NCBI GenBank assembly: GCA_039931865.1 | Contig: JBDTRB010000001.1 | Coordinates: 200-64,199, forward strand | Length of the DNA stretch: 64,000 nt | Direction of reading: 5' to 3' | DNA from: Acidobacteriota bacterium | GTDB lineage: Bacteria; Acidobacteriota; Thermoanaerobaculia; UBA5066; Gp7-AA6 | In this document: positions 25,716 through 38,173 of the stretch, piece after piece | Position numbering within the stretch: the stretch's first letter is position 1 | Layout of the letters: each line of letters starts with the position of its first letter | The notes under the pieces: generated by a model | Seen by the model: the letters and a program-made list of their open reading frames with translations, nothing else | Database searches by the model: none | Told to the model about the DNA's origin: nothing | Program-made: the position numbers and the translations under genes

Positions 25716-27290
25716 ATGCCGGAACCCAATCAGTCCCCCGCCGCCGTCTCCCCGGTGCGGCGGGCGCTCCTCTCTGTTCACGACAAGACGGGAGTGGCGG
25801 AGCTCGCGAGAGAGCTTTCCTCGCGCGGCGTCCGGCTCGTTTCGACCGGCGGCACGGCCGCGCACCTGAAGCAGTCGGGGCTCGAGGTCTCCTTAGTCGA
25901 AGACGAGACCGGCTTCCCGGAGATCCTCGGCGGACGCGTCAAGACGCTGCATCCGAAAATCTTCGGCGGCGTGCTCGCAGACGAGACGCGTCCGGACCAC
26001 GCCCGGGAGCTCGCCGAAGGAGCGATCGAGGCATTCGACCTCGTGGTGGTCAACCTGTATCCGTTCGAGAAGACGGTGGCGTCGGGCGCCACGCCGGCCG
26101 AGTCGATCGAGATGATCGACGTGGGGGGCGCGGCGCTGATCCGCGCGGCGGCCAAGAACCACGCGCGGGTGGCGGTCGTCGTCGACGCGGCGGATTACCC
26201 GGTCCTTCTCGATGAGATGCGCGCAACCGGAGGGACGACGCTCGCGACCCGGCAGCGTCTGGCCGCACGGGCGTTTGCCCGGACGGCCGCGTACGACGGC
26301 GCGATCGCGCGGTATCTCGCGGCGGACGGCGGATCCGATGACAGTTTCCCCGAGAATCTCGTGCTCTCCTTCGAGAGGCTCGGGTCGCTTCGGTACGGTG
26401 AGAACCCTCACCAGCGCGCGGCGGTCTATGGCGACCCGCAGGCCCGGCCCGACGCTCTCATCCGCTACCAGATGCTCCAGGGCAAGGAGCTCTCGTTCAA
26501 CAACCTCCTGGATCTCGACTCGGCCGTTACCCTCGCGCGGGATTTCGAGGGCCCCGCCGCGGTCATCGTGAAGCACAACAACCCCTGCGGCGCCGCGATC
26601 GGCGACTCGCTCGTCGAGGCGTTCGGTCGCGCGTTCGCGTGCGACCCTCTGGCGGCGTTTGGAGGCATCATCGCGATCCGCGGCATCGTCGACGGCGCGA
26701 TCGCTTCGCTCGTCCTCCAGCACTTCGTGGAAGTCGTCGCGGCCGACGACTTCACCAGGGAGGCGACCGATTTCTTCGCGAAGAAGCCGAACATCCGCCT
26801 GCTCAGGCTGCCCGTCTCGCGGCGGCCGGCCCCCGGCATCGACTGGAAGCGGATCGACGGCGGGCTCCTGGTCCAGGACGCGGACACTGAAATGGATCAA
26901 CCGCGCGCGTGGCGGACGGTTTCCCAGCGCAAGCCGACGACGGTGGAACGCGCCGCCTGCGAGCTCGCGTGGCGGGTCGCTCGCCGCGTGAAGTCGAACG
27001 CGATCGTGCTCGCGAACGCCCGCCAGACGATCGGGATCGGGGCCGGACAGATGAGCCGCGTCGACGCCTGCCGGCTCGCGGCCACCAAGCCGGTCCTGCC
27101 GGTCGTCAACTGCGGCGCGGCGTCGGACGCGTTCTTTCCCTTCCGCGACGGCGTGGACATCCTCGCGCAGGCCGGTGTCACCGCCATCGTGGCTCCCGGC
27201 GGGTCGATCCGCGACCAGGACATCGTCGCGGCAGCGGACGAGCACCAGATGGCCTACATGATCGCTCCCCGGCGCCACTTCCGGCATTGA
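25716..27290 (+). CDS. purH: Bifunctional AICAR transformylase / IMP cyclohydrolase
   Basis: 524 aa, ...RRALLSVHDKTGVAELARELSSRGVRLVSTGGTAAHL...KTLHPKIFGG... Start may be slightly downstream of the track ATG. Confidence 0.95.
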   Translation: MPEPNQSPAAVSPVRRALLSVHDKTGVAELARELSSRGVRLVSTGGTAAHLKQSGLEVSLVEDETGFPEILGGRVKTLHPKIFGGVLADETRPDHARELAEGAIEAFDLVVVNLYPFEKTVASGATPAESIEMIDVGGAALIRAAAKNHARVAVVVDAADYPVLLDEMRATGGTTLATRQRLAARAFARTAAYDGAIARYLAADGGSDDSFPENLVLSFERLGSLRYGENPHQRAAVYGDPQARPDALIRYQMLQGKELSFNNLLDLDSAVTLARDFEGPAAVIVKHNNPCGAAIGDSLVEAFGRAFACDPLAAFGGIIAIRGIVDGAIASLVLQHFVEVVAADDFTREATDFFAKKPNIRLLRLPVSRRPAPGIDWKRIDGGLLVQDADTEMDQPRAWRTVSQRKPTTVERAACELAWRVARRVKSNAIVLANARQTIGIGAGQMSRVDACRLAATKPVLPVVNCGAASDAFFPFRDGVDILAQAGVTAIVAPGGSIRDQDIVAAADEHQMAYMIAPRRHFRH

Positions 27291-27349
27291 TTGCTCCCGC
27301 GCCCGGACCCCGCCGAAATGAGCCGGCGCCCTCCCGCGTTAGGGGACGC

Positions 27350-28003
27350 ATGACTACGTGGATCGCGGCCGCTCTGCTCGCAGCCTCACCGCTGCTCGCG
27401 CAGACGGAGGCCGTGCGTCCCGGCCTTCCTCCGGAGGTCTCCGGCGCGTTCGCGCGGGCGGCCACGGCCTATACCGACGGCTCCGCGCACGGGGCTCCGT
27501 TCACCCAGATCTACACGCCTTCCGGTTTCACGACCGCGCGCCGCGAATCGGGCACGCTCTGGATCCAGGCGCCGCAGCGGCTGCGTTTCGATTACGACGC
27601 CCCGGAGAAGAAGACGTTTACCTACGACGCGGGCGAGGGCCGGCTCTTCACTCCGGAGGACAAACAGCTCACGATTCAGCGGCTCTCCCCGGAAGAGCGC
27701 GCACGCCTGCCGATCGTGTTTTTGTCGGATCCGGCCGATCTCGCGCGGGAGTACGCCATTTCGGGCGAGGCCGGCGAGCTCGGGTCGACCCGTGTGCTGT
27801 TGAAGCCCCGCGCGCCTCGGCCCGAGCTTGCCTGGCTGCGGTTGTCGCTCGCGAAGAACGGCGACGTCGCCGAGCTCTCGTACGAGGATGGGTCCGGAAA
27901 CCGCACCGAGTTTCGGTTCGAGGGCTGGCACAAGGAGAAAGCGCGGCCCGCCGGGGACTTTCGCGTTTCAGGACCGCCCGGGACGAGGATCCTCCAGAAT
28001 TAG
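27350..28003 (+). CDS. LolA-like outer-membrane lipoprotein carrier protein
   Basis: 217 aa from MTTWIAAALLAASPLLAQTEA (signal peptide), ...GTLWIQAPQRLRFDYDAPEKKTFTYDAGEGRLFTPEDKQLT... LolA fold pattern. Track ORF from 26909 overlaps purH. Confidence 0.7.
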   Translation: MTTWIAAALLAASPLLAQTEAVRPGLPPEVSGAFARAATAYTDGSAHGAPFTQIYTPSGFTTARRESGTLWIQAPQRLRFDYDAPEKKTFTYDAGEGRLFTPEDKQLTIQRLSPEERARLPIVFLSDPADLAREYAISGEAGELGSTRVLLKPRAPRPELAWLRLSLAKNGDVAELSYEDGSGNRTEFRFEGWHKEKARPAGDFRVSGPPGTRILQN

Positions 28004-28060
28004 CTCGGCGCTGCGCGGCGCCGCGTTTCGGAAACGGCCTGAAATAGAATATGGCCCGCC

Positions 28061-28558
28061 ATGGCAACCGAATTCTCGTTCGACGTGGTCTCCAAGGTGG
28101 ACCTGCAGGAAGTCTTGAACGCGGTCCAGCAGGCCTCCAAGGAGATCACGACCCGCTTCGATTTCCGCGGCAGCGCCTCGAAGATCGAATGGAACGAGAA
28201 GGAGCTCGAGCTGACGCTGACCTCCGACGATTCCCACAAGCTGAAGTCGGTGGTCGACATTCTCGAGACCCGGCTCGTCAAGCGCGGGATCGCGGTGAAG
28301 GCCCTCGACTTCGGCAAGATCGAAGACGCCGCCGGCGGGACGGTCCGTCAGATCGTCAAGATCCAGCAGGGAATCGTCTCCGAGAAAGCTAAGGAAATCG
28401 TCAAGGCCATCAAGGACAAGAAGATCAAAGTGCAGGCCGCGATCCAGGGCGACCAGGTTCGCGTCTCGGGCCGCAACAAGGATGACTTGCAGAGCGCGCA
28501 GACACTCCTGCGCGCCGCCGATTTCGGCGTGCCGCTGCAGTTCACGAACTACCGATGA
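28061..28558 (+). CDS. yajQ: YajQ family nucleotide-binding protein (UPF0234)
   Basis: 165 aa, MATEFSFDVVSKVDLQEVLNAVQQASKEITTRFDFRGSASKIEWNEKELELTLTSDD... Highly characteristic YajQ sequence. Confidence 0.85.
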   Translation: MATEFSFDVVSKVDLQEVLNAVQQASKEITTRFDFRGSASKIEWNEKELELTLTSDDSHKLKSVVDILETRLVKRGIAVKALDFGKIEDAAGGTVRQIVKIQQGIVSEKAKEIVKAIKDKKIKVQAAIQGDQVRVSGRNKDDLQSAQTLLRAADFGVPLQFTNYR

Positions 28559-29559
28559 GCGTGCGTCGCCTCGCGAACCCGCGATTCGCGCGCGCGTACG
28601 ACCTCATCTCGGACAAGCTCGCCCTCGTCGAAAAAGAGCTGGCGCTCCACTTTCGCTCCGCCAACCCGACGATCGACGGCATCGGGAGCTATCTCGGGTC
28701 AGGGGGCGGCAAGCGGCTGAGACCCGCGCTGCTTCTGCTCTCCTCGCGCCTGCTCGGGTACGACGAGGGAGAGAAGGACGTCCGATACGCCGCGGTCGTC
28801 GAGTTCATTCACACGGCGACCCTCGTCCACGACGACATCATCGACGAGGCCCGGCTGCGCCGCGGCCGCACGTCTGCAAACGCCCGGTGGGGAAACAACC
28901 TGACCGTGCTCTTCGGCGACTACCTGTACACGAAGTCGATGGGAATCGCGCTCGATGAAGGCGATTTGACGATCCTGAAGGTCCTCTCCGACACGACGCT
29001 TTCGATGATCGAGGGCGAAATCATCGCCATCGAGAAGACCGGGGACATCGAGGTCACCCGCGACGAAGCTCTCGACATCATCCGCCGCAAGACCGCGGAC
29101 CTCTTCTCCGCGGCCTGCCGGCTGCCCGCGCATTTTGCCCCGAGGGGCGACCTCTTCGCCGCCGAGCATCTCGCCGAGTACGGCCGATGCCTCGGCGTCG
29201 CATTCCAGCTCATCGACGACATGCTCGACTACACCGGCAGCGAGGAGTCGATCGGGAAGCCGGTGTTGAATGACCTGCGCGAGGGCAAGCTCACGATGCC
29301 GTTGCTCCTCGCGCTTCCCCGCGCGACGGCGAAGGAGCGCGAGGCCGTCGCCACGGTCGTCAAGGAGCGAGAATTCCGAACCGTCGCTCCCGCCGAGATC
29401 CTCTCGATCGTTGAGCGTCACAAGGGGATCGCCGACACCCGCGCTCTCGCCCGCGACTACGCCGGAGCTGCCCGCGTCGCCCTGGGCTCCTTTGCGGACT
29501 GCGAGGCCAAGGACGGTCTCCTGCTCGCCACCGAGTCCGTCATCGACCGAGTCAGCTGA
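28555..29559 (+). CDS. Polyprenyl diphosphate synthase (trans-isoprenyl diphosphate synthase, IspB/GGPPS-like)
   Basis: 334 aa with the first and second Asp-rich motifs (LVHDDIIDE and FQLIDDMLD). ATGA overlap with the yajQ stop. Confidence 0.85.
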   Translation: MSVRRLANPRFARAYDLISDKLALVEKELALHFRSANPTIDGIGSYLGSGGGKRLRPALLLLSSRLLGYDEGEKDVRYAAVVEFIHTATLVHDDIIDEARLRRGRTSANARWGNNLTVLFGDYLYTKSMGIALDEGDLTILKVLSDTTLSMIEGEIIAIEKTGDIEVTRDEALDIIRRKTADLFSAACRLPAHFAPRGDLFAAEHLAEYGRCLGVAFQLIDDMLDYTGSEESIGKPVLNDLREGKLTMPLLLALPRATAKEREAVATVVKEREFRTVAPAEILSIVERHKGIADTRALARDYAGAARVALGSFADCEAKDGLLLATESVIDRVS

Positions 29560-29758
29560 AAAGAGCTCGAGACGACCGGTCCGACGACCCCGCCTCGTGG
29601 ATCTGACACAACTTCTCCGAATAAGAGATGGCATTAGCCGTGCCAGAACCACTCGAACGCGCGGCAAACTGCCATCGATGCCAATAAAGATTGGTCAATA
29701 TCACTTCAAGCCTATTCCTTATAAAAAAAGGAAAATCGTTCTCGTTACCTAAATAACT

Positions 29759-29787
29759 ATTGCCGCCGGCCGATAAGCTGCCTACAA
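29759..29787 (+). promoter_or_regulatory. Candidate sigma-70-like promoter (TTGCCG-17 bp-TACAAT) inside an unusually AT-rich about-200-bp island
   Basis: ttgccg ccggccgataagctgcc tacaat, about 10 bp before the start of the small TPR gene. Upstream 29600-29760 is about 40-45% GC in a 70%-GC genome and includes an A7 tract. Coordinates may be +/-1 (local print/track discrepancy). Confidence 0.35.
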
Positions 29788-29797
29788 TCAGCACAAT

Positions 29798-30157
29798 ATG
29801 TCGCGCGCCCTCCCCTGGAGCGGTATCACCAGCAAATTCAAGACTTTAGCCAGGCCGGCTGCCCCCGTCGCCGCCGAGGAATCCCGGCTCTATTACAGGC
29901 GGGCCTGCCTTGCTGCCGCCGAGGAACGGTTCGACGTCGCCCTGATCTTCTGCGCCAAGGCGCTCGAGCTCGAACCGCTGGATCTCGCGACCCGTCTTCT
30001 CGTCGGAAAGATCCACGACCGCGGGCTCGCCGACGTCAGCGCGGCCGTCACCGCCTACCGGAAGGTCATCGCGCTCGCGTCCTACGACCCTCACGACCCG
30101 TACTGCTCCGCCGCGCAAGCGGCGCTCGATCAGCTCGTCCAGGCTCAATCCGACTAG
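29798..30157 (+). CDS. Small TPR-like hypothetical protein
   Basis: 119-aa ORF with normal codon usage and amino-acid composition, MSRALPWSGITSKFKTLARPAAPVAAEESRLYYRRACLAAAEERFDVALIFCAKALELEPLD... TPR-like helices. Promoter-like element just upstream. Confidence 0.5.
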   Translation: MSRALPWSGITSKFKTLARPAAPVAAEESRLYYRRACLAAAEERFDVALIFCAKALELEPLDLATRLLVGKIHDRGLADVSAAVTAYRKVIALASYDPHDPYCSAAQAALDQLVQAQSD

Positions 30158-30169
30158 CCGCCCTTCGGG

Positions 30170-30850
30170 CTACGGCCGACCTTTCTCCCTCTCTCTTACC
30201 GCGCCCGGGGTGAACGGTGAACGACTGTCCGTCGGGGCTCTTGAGGAGCCTGCCCTTTCTGTCGTCAGCGCGCGCCATCCCCAGGGATGCAGGGGCGGCC
30301 GTCCGAGAAGGGCGGCCTTTTCGCGGCCTGGAGGGTCGAGACGCCGGCCGTCCGGGTCAATCGTCCAGCCCGGCCCGCTGACCAGCGCGGGCGCTCCGCC
30401 GCCCAGGTCGAGGGCGAAGAGAATCCCTCCGATCCCTTCGGGGCTCTCGGCCAGGATCGCGACGGAATTGCGTCCGGCGCGCAGCAGCGACGTGACGTCG
30501 ACCGCCCGCGCCGGGTCTCCGGGCCGTTGACCTCCCAGAGCGGCTCGCACGCCGTTGATCGACAGCTCGTAGCGCCGGTCGACGAAAACGCGCGCGACGG
30601 CCAGTCGGGGGACCGCCGTCAGAGAGATCGCGGAGAGAGCCGTGAAGCGGGCCGGCTGCCGCTCGGGGCTCGAGGAGAACCAGATCCAGTGCGCCCCGGC
30701 AAACCCTGCCCGGCGCTCCCGCGACGCTCGAAGGAGCGAGAGCACGCCGTGCGAAAGGACCGCCAGAAAGAGGACTGCGAATAAGCCCGGGGCGACGCGG
30801 CGCCAGGAAAGCGCGACGGCGCCGTTGTTCGAGGAGCTCAGTTGACCCAA
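30170..30850 (-). CDS. Hypothetical membrane-anchored protein
   Basis: About 226 aa if started at TTG (MGQLSSSNNGAVALSWRRVAPGLFAVLFLAVLSHGVLSLL..., one TM helix, then a soluble domain ...YELSINGVRAALGG...NSVAILAESPEGIGGILFALD...). The track ORF extends antisense into kdsB and that part is rejected. Start uncertain. Confidence 0.4.
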   Translation of the reverse strand: MGQLSSSNNGAVALSWRRVAPGLFAVLFLAVLSHGVLSLLRASRERRAGFAGAHWIWFSSSPERQPARFTALSAISLTAVPRLAVARVFVDRRYELSINGVRAALGGQRPGDPARAVDVTSLLRAGRNSVAILAESPEGIGGILFALDLGGGAPALVSGPGWTIDPDGRRLDPPGREKAALLGRPPLHPWGWRALTTERAGSSRAPTDSRSPFTPGAVREREKGRP

Positions 30851-30882
30851 GGCGCGCCAGAGAATACACTCTTCTTCCCGAC

Positions 30883-34144
<3,262 letters not shown>

Positions 34145-34338
34145 GGGCCCTCTCGCCAGGCAGGCCTGGATGTGGAATCGGCCGCGCTGCACCTGCTGAA
34201 GGAACCCGAGGTGCGGCCGAAGGGATCCACGAGTGGAGAGACGCGCAGCCGGATCGATCGACGCCTGGACGCGGGGTGTCCCCTTCCGCCTCGCCCGCTC
34301 GACCGACTCTGACAAAATCGCCACAATCGGAGGTTTCG

Positions 34339-36009
34339 ATGTTTTTCTCCTCCCTCGGCATCACGGCAGCCTGCCTTCTCGCCGCGGCCACGCTCGTCGC
34401 AGGACCCGAAGGTCGGCCCTCCGCCTCGTCGAAACGAAGCGCCTCGTACGAAGACCTGGCTTCCTTCTTCCGGGAGTGGCGCTCGTTCCAGAAACCGAAG
34501 CTCGTCGACGGCGTCCCCGACTACACCCCGCGCGCGATGGCGGCGCAGCGGACCGAACTCTCTTCCTGGCAAAGCCGCCTCGCGGCGATCGACCCTCACG
34601 GCTGGCCCATTCCGGAGCAGGTCGACTACCAGGTCGTCCGCGCCGAGTTGAACGGCCTCGATTTCGATCACCGGGTGTTGAAACCCTGGGCAAACAATCC
34701 CGCCTTTTACGTGACGGTCTTCACGGAAGAGAGCGACCAGCCCGCGCGCGAGGGCCCGTCGGCGCTCGGCGCGGTGGAGCTCTGGAGTTACCGGTTCCCG
34801 CTCACCGACCAGCATGCGGAACAGATGAATTCAGGGTTGCGCGCGATTCCGAGGCTTCTCACTCAGGCGCGGACCAACCTCACGGGCAATGGCAGGGATA
34901 TGTGGACGTACGGCGCGAAAAGCATCCGTCAGCAGAGCGCGGACCTCGCGGCCCTGGCCGTGCAGCTGAAGGGCGGTCCAGCGAGAACCTCCGCGGTCCG
35001 GGAACTCGAGACGAGCGTCGCGCATGCGAAACAGGCGACCGACGACCTCGCGGCCTGGCTCGACGCGCAGGCGCCGTCGAAGACCGGCTCCTCCGGCGTC
35101 GGAATCGTAAATTACAACTGGTACCTGAAGAACGTCCAGCTCGTCCCCTGCATGTGGCAGGACGAGGTGACGCTCATGGAGCGAGAGCTCGCGCGCTCCC
35201 ACGCCCTTCTCGCCATGGAAGAGCAGAAAAACGCGAAGCTGGCTCCGCAGGCGCCAATCGCGACTGCCGAAGAGCACGCGCGCGGCTTCTCCTCGGGCGT
35301 CACGGATTACATGACGTTTCTCCGCGACCACGACATCCTCGCGGTCGAGGACTGGATGGACTCCGCGCTGCGGGCGAGGACCGGCGCGTTCCGCGGCGGC
35401 GCGCGCGAATTCTTCACCGAGGTCGACTATCGCGATCCCGAAGTGATGCGCACCCACGGGTACCACTGGTTCGACAAGGGCCGCATGGCGCGCCAGCCCC
35501 ACCGGAGTCCGATTCGCCGGGAGGCGCTTCTCTACAACATCTTCAACACACGGACCGAGGGGCACGCAACCGGGTGGGAAGAACTGATGATGCAGGCCGG
35601 AATGTTCGATGCGCGGCCCCGGTCGCGCGAGCTCGTCTACATCCTGCTGGGAGAGCGGGCGGCGCGCGCGCTGGGCGACCTTCGCATGCACAGCAACGAC
35701 TGGACCCTGGAGCAGGCGGCCGCGTTCGCCTCCGCAGAGACGCCTCGCGGATGGCTTCGAATGGACGGAGACCTGGTCCGCTCCGAACAGCATCTGTACC
35801 TTCAGCAGCCCGGGTACGGGACCAGCTACGTCATCGGAAAGATCGAGATCGAGAAGCTCCTCGCGGAGCGGAAGCAGCAGCAGGGCGACGGGTTCGCGAT
35901 GAAGGCCTTCATGGCGGAATTCGACGCTGCGGGACTGGTTCCCGCGGCCCTGATCCGATGGGAGCTGACGGGGCGCCTCTCAGACGAGCTGACGCGGATG
36001 CTCAAATAG
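34339..36009 (+). CDS. DUF885-family secreted/lipoprotein
   Basis: 556 aa from MFFSSLGITAACLLAAATLVAG (signal peptide) with a GGAGG RBS; DUF885-like sequence pattern. Track ORF from 33769 overlaps kdsA. Confidence 0.65.
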   Translation: MFFSSLGITAACLLAAATLVAGPEGRPSASSKRSASYEDLASFFREWRSFQKPKLVDGVPDYTPRAMAAQRTELSSWQSRLAAIDPHGWPIPEQVDYQVVRAELNGLDFDHRVLKPWANNPAFYVTVFTEESDQPAREGPSALGAVELWSYRFPLTDQHAEQMNSGLRAIPRLLTQARTNLTGNGRDMWTYGAKSIRQQSADLAALAVQLKGGPARTSAVRELETSVAHAKQATDDLAAWLDAQAPSKTGSSGVGIVNYNWYLKNVQLVPCMWQDEVTLMERELARSHALLAMEEQKNAKLAPQAPIATAEEHARGFSSGVTDYMTFLRDHDILAVEDWMDSALRARTGAFRGGAREFFTEVDYRDPEVMRTHGYHWFDKGRMARQPHRSPIRREALLYNIFNTRTEGHATGWEELMMQAGMFDARPRSRELVYILLGERAARALGDLRMHSNDWTLEQAAAFASAETPRGWLRMDGDLVRSEQHLYLQQPGYGTSYVIGKIEIEKLLAERKQQQGDGFAMKAFMAEFDAAGLVPAALIRWELTGRLSDELTRMLK

Positions 36010-36070
36010 CCCGCCTCGTCCGGGTGGAGAAGGAGCCCGCGTCTGACCGGATTTCAGGGAGACTGACCGC

Positions 36071-37084
36071 GTGAACGACCGACCTCGGACGCAGGAGTTC
36101 GACATCCTGATCATCGGCGCCGGGCCTGCCGGGATCGCGCTCGCGGCCGAAGCGCGGGCGGCGGGAGTCGGACCGGGCCGGATTCTCGTCCTCGAACGCG
36201 CGCCCGAGCACTCGTGGATCATCCGCAAGTACTATCCGCCGTCCAAACCCGTGCTCGCCAACTACAAGGGAATCGATGCGAAGTGCGAAGGAGTGCTCTG
36301 CATCCCGGACCTCACTCGCGAGCAGACCCTGACTTACCTCGACGCGGCGATTCGCGATTCGGGCGCGCAGGTGCGTTACCAGGAGGAAGTGTTCCGGATC
36401 GGGAGCGAGCCCGACGAGCGCCTTCGCGTCGAATCGACCGGCGGAGTCTTTCTCGCCCGCGTCGTCGTCATCGCGATCGGGATCCTCGGGCGGCCCGCGA
36501 AGCCGTCCTACCCGATTCCCGGCTCCGTCAAGGCCCGGATTCTCTTCGACGTCACGAGCGAGGAGTTGTCGGGCCAGGACCTCCTCGTGGTCGGAGGCGG
36601 AGATACCGCCACCGAGTACTGCCAGTTCCTCGTTCAACAGGGCAACCGCGTCGTCCTCTCCTATCGCGGAGCGACTCTCTCGCGTCCCAACCCGATCAAC
36701 CGCGATAGCGTGCTCGCGCTCGCGAGGCAGGGAAAGCTCGAGTTGCGCCTGTCCTCCGACGTGACGGGGCTCGAAGCGGCCGAGGAGAAGGTTTGCGTTC
36801 GATTCGGCGGGACGGAACAGCCGCTTCTGGCCGTCGACCGGGTGATTTACGCGCTCGGCGGCACGACGCCCCAGAATTTCCTGAAGTCCGCGGGCATCGA
36901 GTTCGACGGCCCGCAGCCGAAGCTTACGGAGCGGTTCGGCACCAGCGTCCCCGGGCTCTTCCTCGCCGGAGACCTCACGGCCGGAAGGACGGGGGGATCG
37001 ATCATTCTCGCCTTCAACACGGCCGCCGCGGCGATGCGCCAGATCTGCGAAGACCATGGCATCTGCGAAATCGGAGGGGCCTGA
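36071..37084 (+). CDS. FAD/NAD(P)-binding oxidoreductase, YpdA / thioredoxin-reductase-like
   Basis: 337 aa, GTG start; N-terminal GxGxxG (DILIIGAGPAGIALA), second Rossmann motif (LLVVGGGDTATEY), C-terminal GLFLAGD motif. Confidence 0.75.
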   Translation: MNDRPRTQEFDILIIGAGPAGIALAAEARAAGVGPGRILVLERAPEHSWIIRKYYPPSKPVLANYKGIDAKCEGVLCIPDLTREQTLTYLDAAIRDSGAQVRYQEEVFRIGSEPDERLRVESTGGVFLARVVVIAIGILGRPAKPSYPIPGSVKARILFDVTSEELSGQDLLVVGGGDTATEYCQFLVQQGNRVVLSYRGATLSRPNPINRDSVLALARQGKLELRLSSDVTGLEAAEEKVCVRFGGTEQPLLAVDRVIYALGGTTPQNFLKSAGIEFDGPQPKLTERFGTSVPGLFLAGDLTAGRTGGSIILAFNTAAAAMRQICEDHGICEIGGA

Positions 37085-37144
37085 TCGGGGGAAGCGGAGG
37101 ACGGCAACCGCGCGCCGGGCGCGGGGGAGCGGAAGGACGGCGCT

Positions 37145-37306
37145 TCAGCTCCCCGAGGCGAGCTTCGGCGGCAGCTCTTCCGAGTCCTCTACGGGGAATC
37201 CCGCCGCGAGCCACGCGTCCAGCCCCCCGGCGAGCGGCCGCACGCGAGTGAATCCCCTCTCCATCAGCGCGCGGGCCACACGGGCCGCCGAGGCCTCATT
37301 GGGTCA
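37145..37306 (-). other. In-frame TGA (37304-37306) followed by 52 in-frame codons that complete the rhodanese fold (candidate selenocysteine codon, or nonsense/sequencing artefact)
   Basis: The continuation reads PNEASAARVARALMERGFTRVRPLAGGLDAWLAAGFPVEDSEELPPKLASGS then TGA. Against a canonical rhodanese (IVLYC-RSGRRS-ALAAQALRELGF...LEGGMLAWEEAGLPV) it aligns without gaps. The TGA falls at the catalytic-Cys position. Confidence 0.6.
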
Positions 37307-38173
37307 CGTGCAGTAGAGAACGATCTCCCGGTCCGCGGGAAGTGTCGAGGCCTTCGCCTCGATCTCCCCGTACTGGAGCACCCGGGCCCCGGGGATCCGC
37401 CGGGGGTCGGCCATCCGCGCGCCCTGCGTGCGCACGTCCAGAACGACGGGGGCGCGATCGCCGGCGAGGAGAGGCCGCAGCTCCTCGACCGAGATGCGCG
37501 CCATGCGCAGGACCCGATAGAAGCGGCGCCTCTGCCACCACTTCAGCAGCATGAAGAGGACAAGCGCAGTCGCCAGAAGGGCGAACGCGCCCGTTCCGAT
37601 GCTGGTCAGGAACGCGAGAGCCCGATCGACGGCGCGGTGGAACAGTCGTCCGAGGAGGACGGCGCCGCCCGCCCAGAGGAGCGACCCGCCCGCGTCGTAA
37701 ACGAGAAACGCGGCGGGACGCCGTCCGATCGCGCCCGCGAGCGGCGGGGCGACGGTGGAAAACCCGGGGATGAACTTCGCGACGAGCAGGGACGGCATTC
37801 CCCAACGCTCGAACGCGCTCGACGTCTGGCGCACGCACGAATCGGGCGAGAGGGAGACCCGGCACAGCGTCTTCAGAACTCCGAGCCCGAGGCGGGCGCC
37901 GAGCGCGTACCAGATCGAGTCCGCGATCAGGCACGCGAGGAGCGCGACGAAGAGGACGCTCGTCACGCGTATGTCGTGCTCGACCGTCAGGGCGCCGGCG
38001 ACGATCAAAGTCGGGACTGCCGGAATGGGCAGCCCGATCTGCTCGAGGAGGACGTTCACGAAGACGAGAGGCAGCCCGTACCGCAGGACCGTTTCGACCA
38101 GGGGGTGCACGAGCAAATCGTATGACGAACCCGAGATTGGAGCCGAGCCGGTTGAGCGCCGAGCGTTCCGCAT
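37304..38173 (-). CDS. DedA-family membrane protein fused to a C-terminal rhodanese domain; reading frame interrupted by an in-frame TGA at 37304-37306
   Basis: From ATG 38173 (MRNARRSTGSAPISGSSYDLLVHPLVETVLRYGLPLVFVNVLLEQIGLPIPAVP..., DedA/SNARE-associated core) to ...ISVEELRPLLAGDRAPVVLDVRTQGAR...ADREIVLYCT followed by TGA. The N-terminal ~200 aa of the 492-aa track ORF are rejected as extension. Confidence 0.75.
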   Translation of the reverse strand: MRNARRSTGSAPISGSSYDLLVHPLVETVLRYGLPLVFVNVLLEQIGLPIPAVPTLIVAGALTVEHDIRVTSVLFVALLACLIADSIWYALGARLGLGVLKTLCRVSLSPDSCVRQTSSAFERWGMPSLLVAKFIPGFSTVAPPLAGAIGRRPAAFLVYDAGGSLLWAGGAVLLGRLFHRAVDRALAFLTSIGTGAFALLATALVLFMLLKWWQRRRFYRVLRMARISVEELRPLLAGDRAPVVLDVRTQGARMADPRRIPGARVLQYGEIEAKASTLPADREIVLYCT

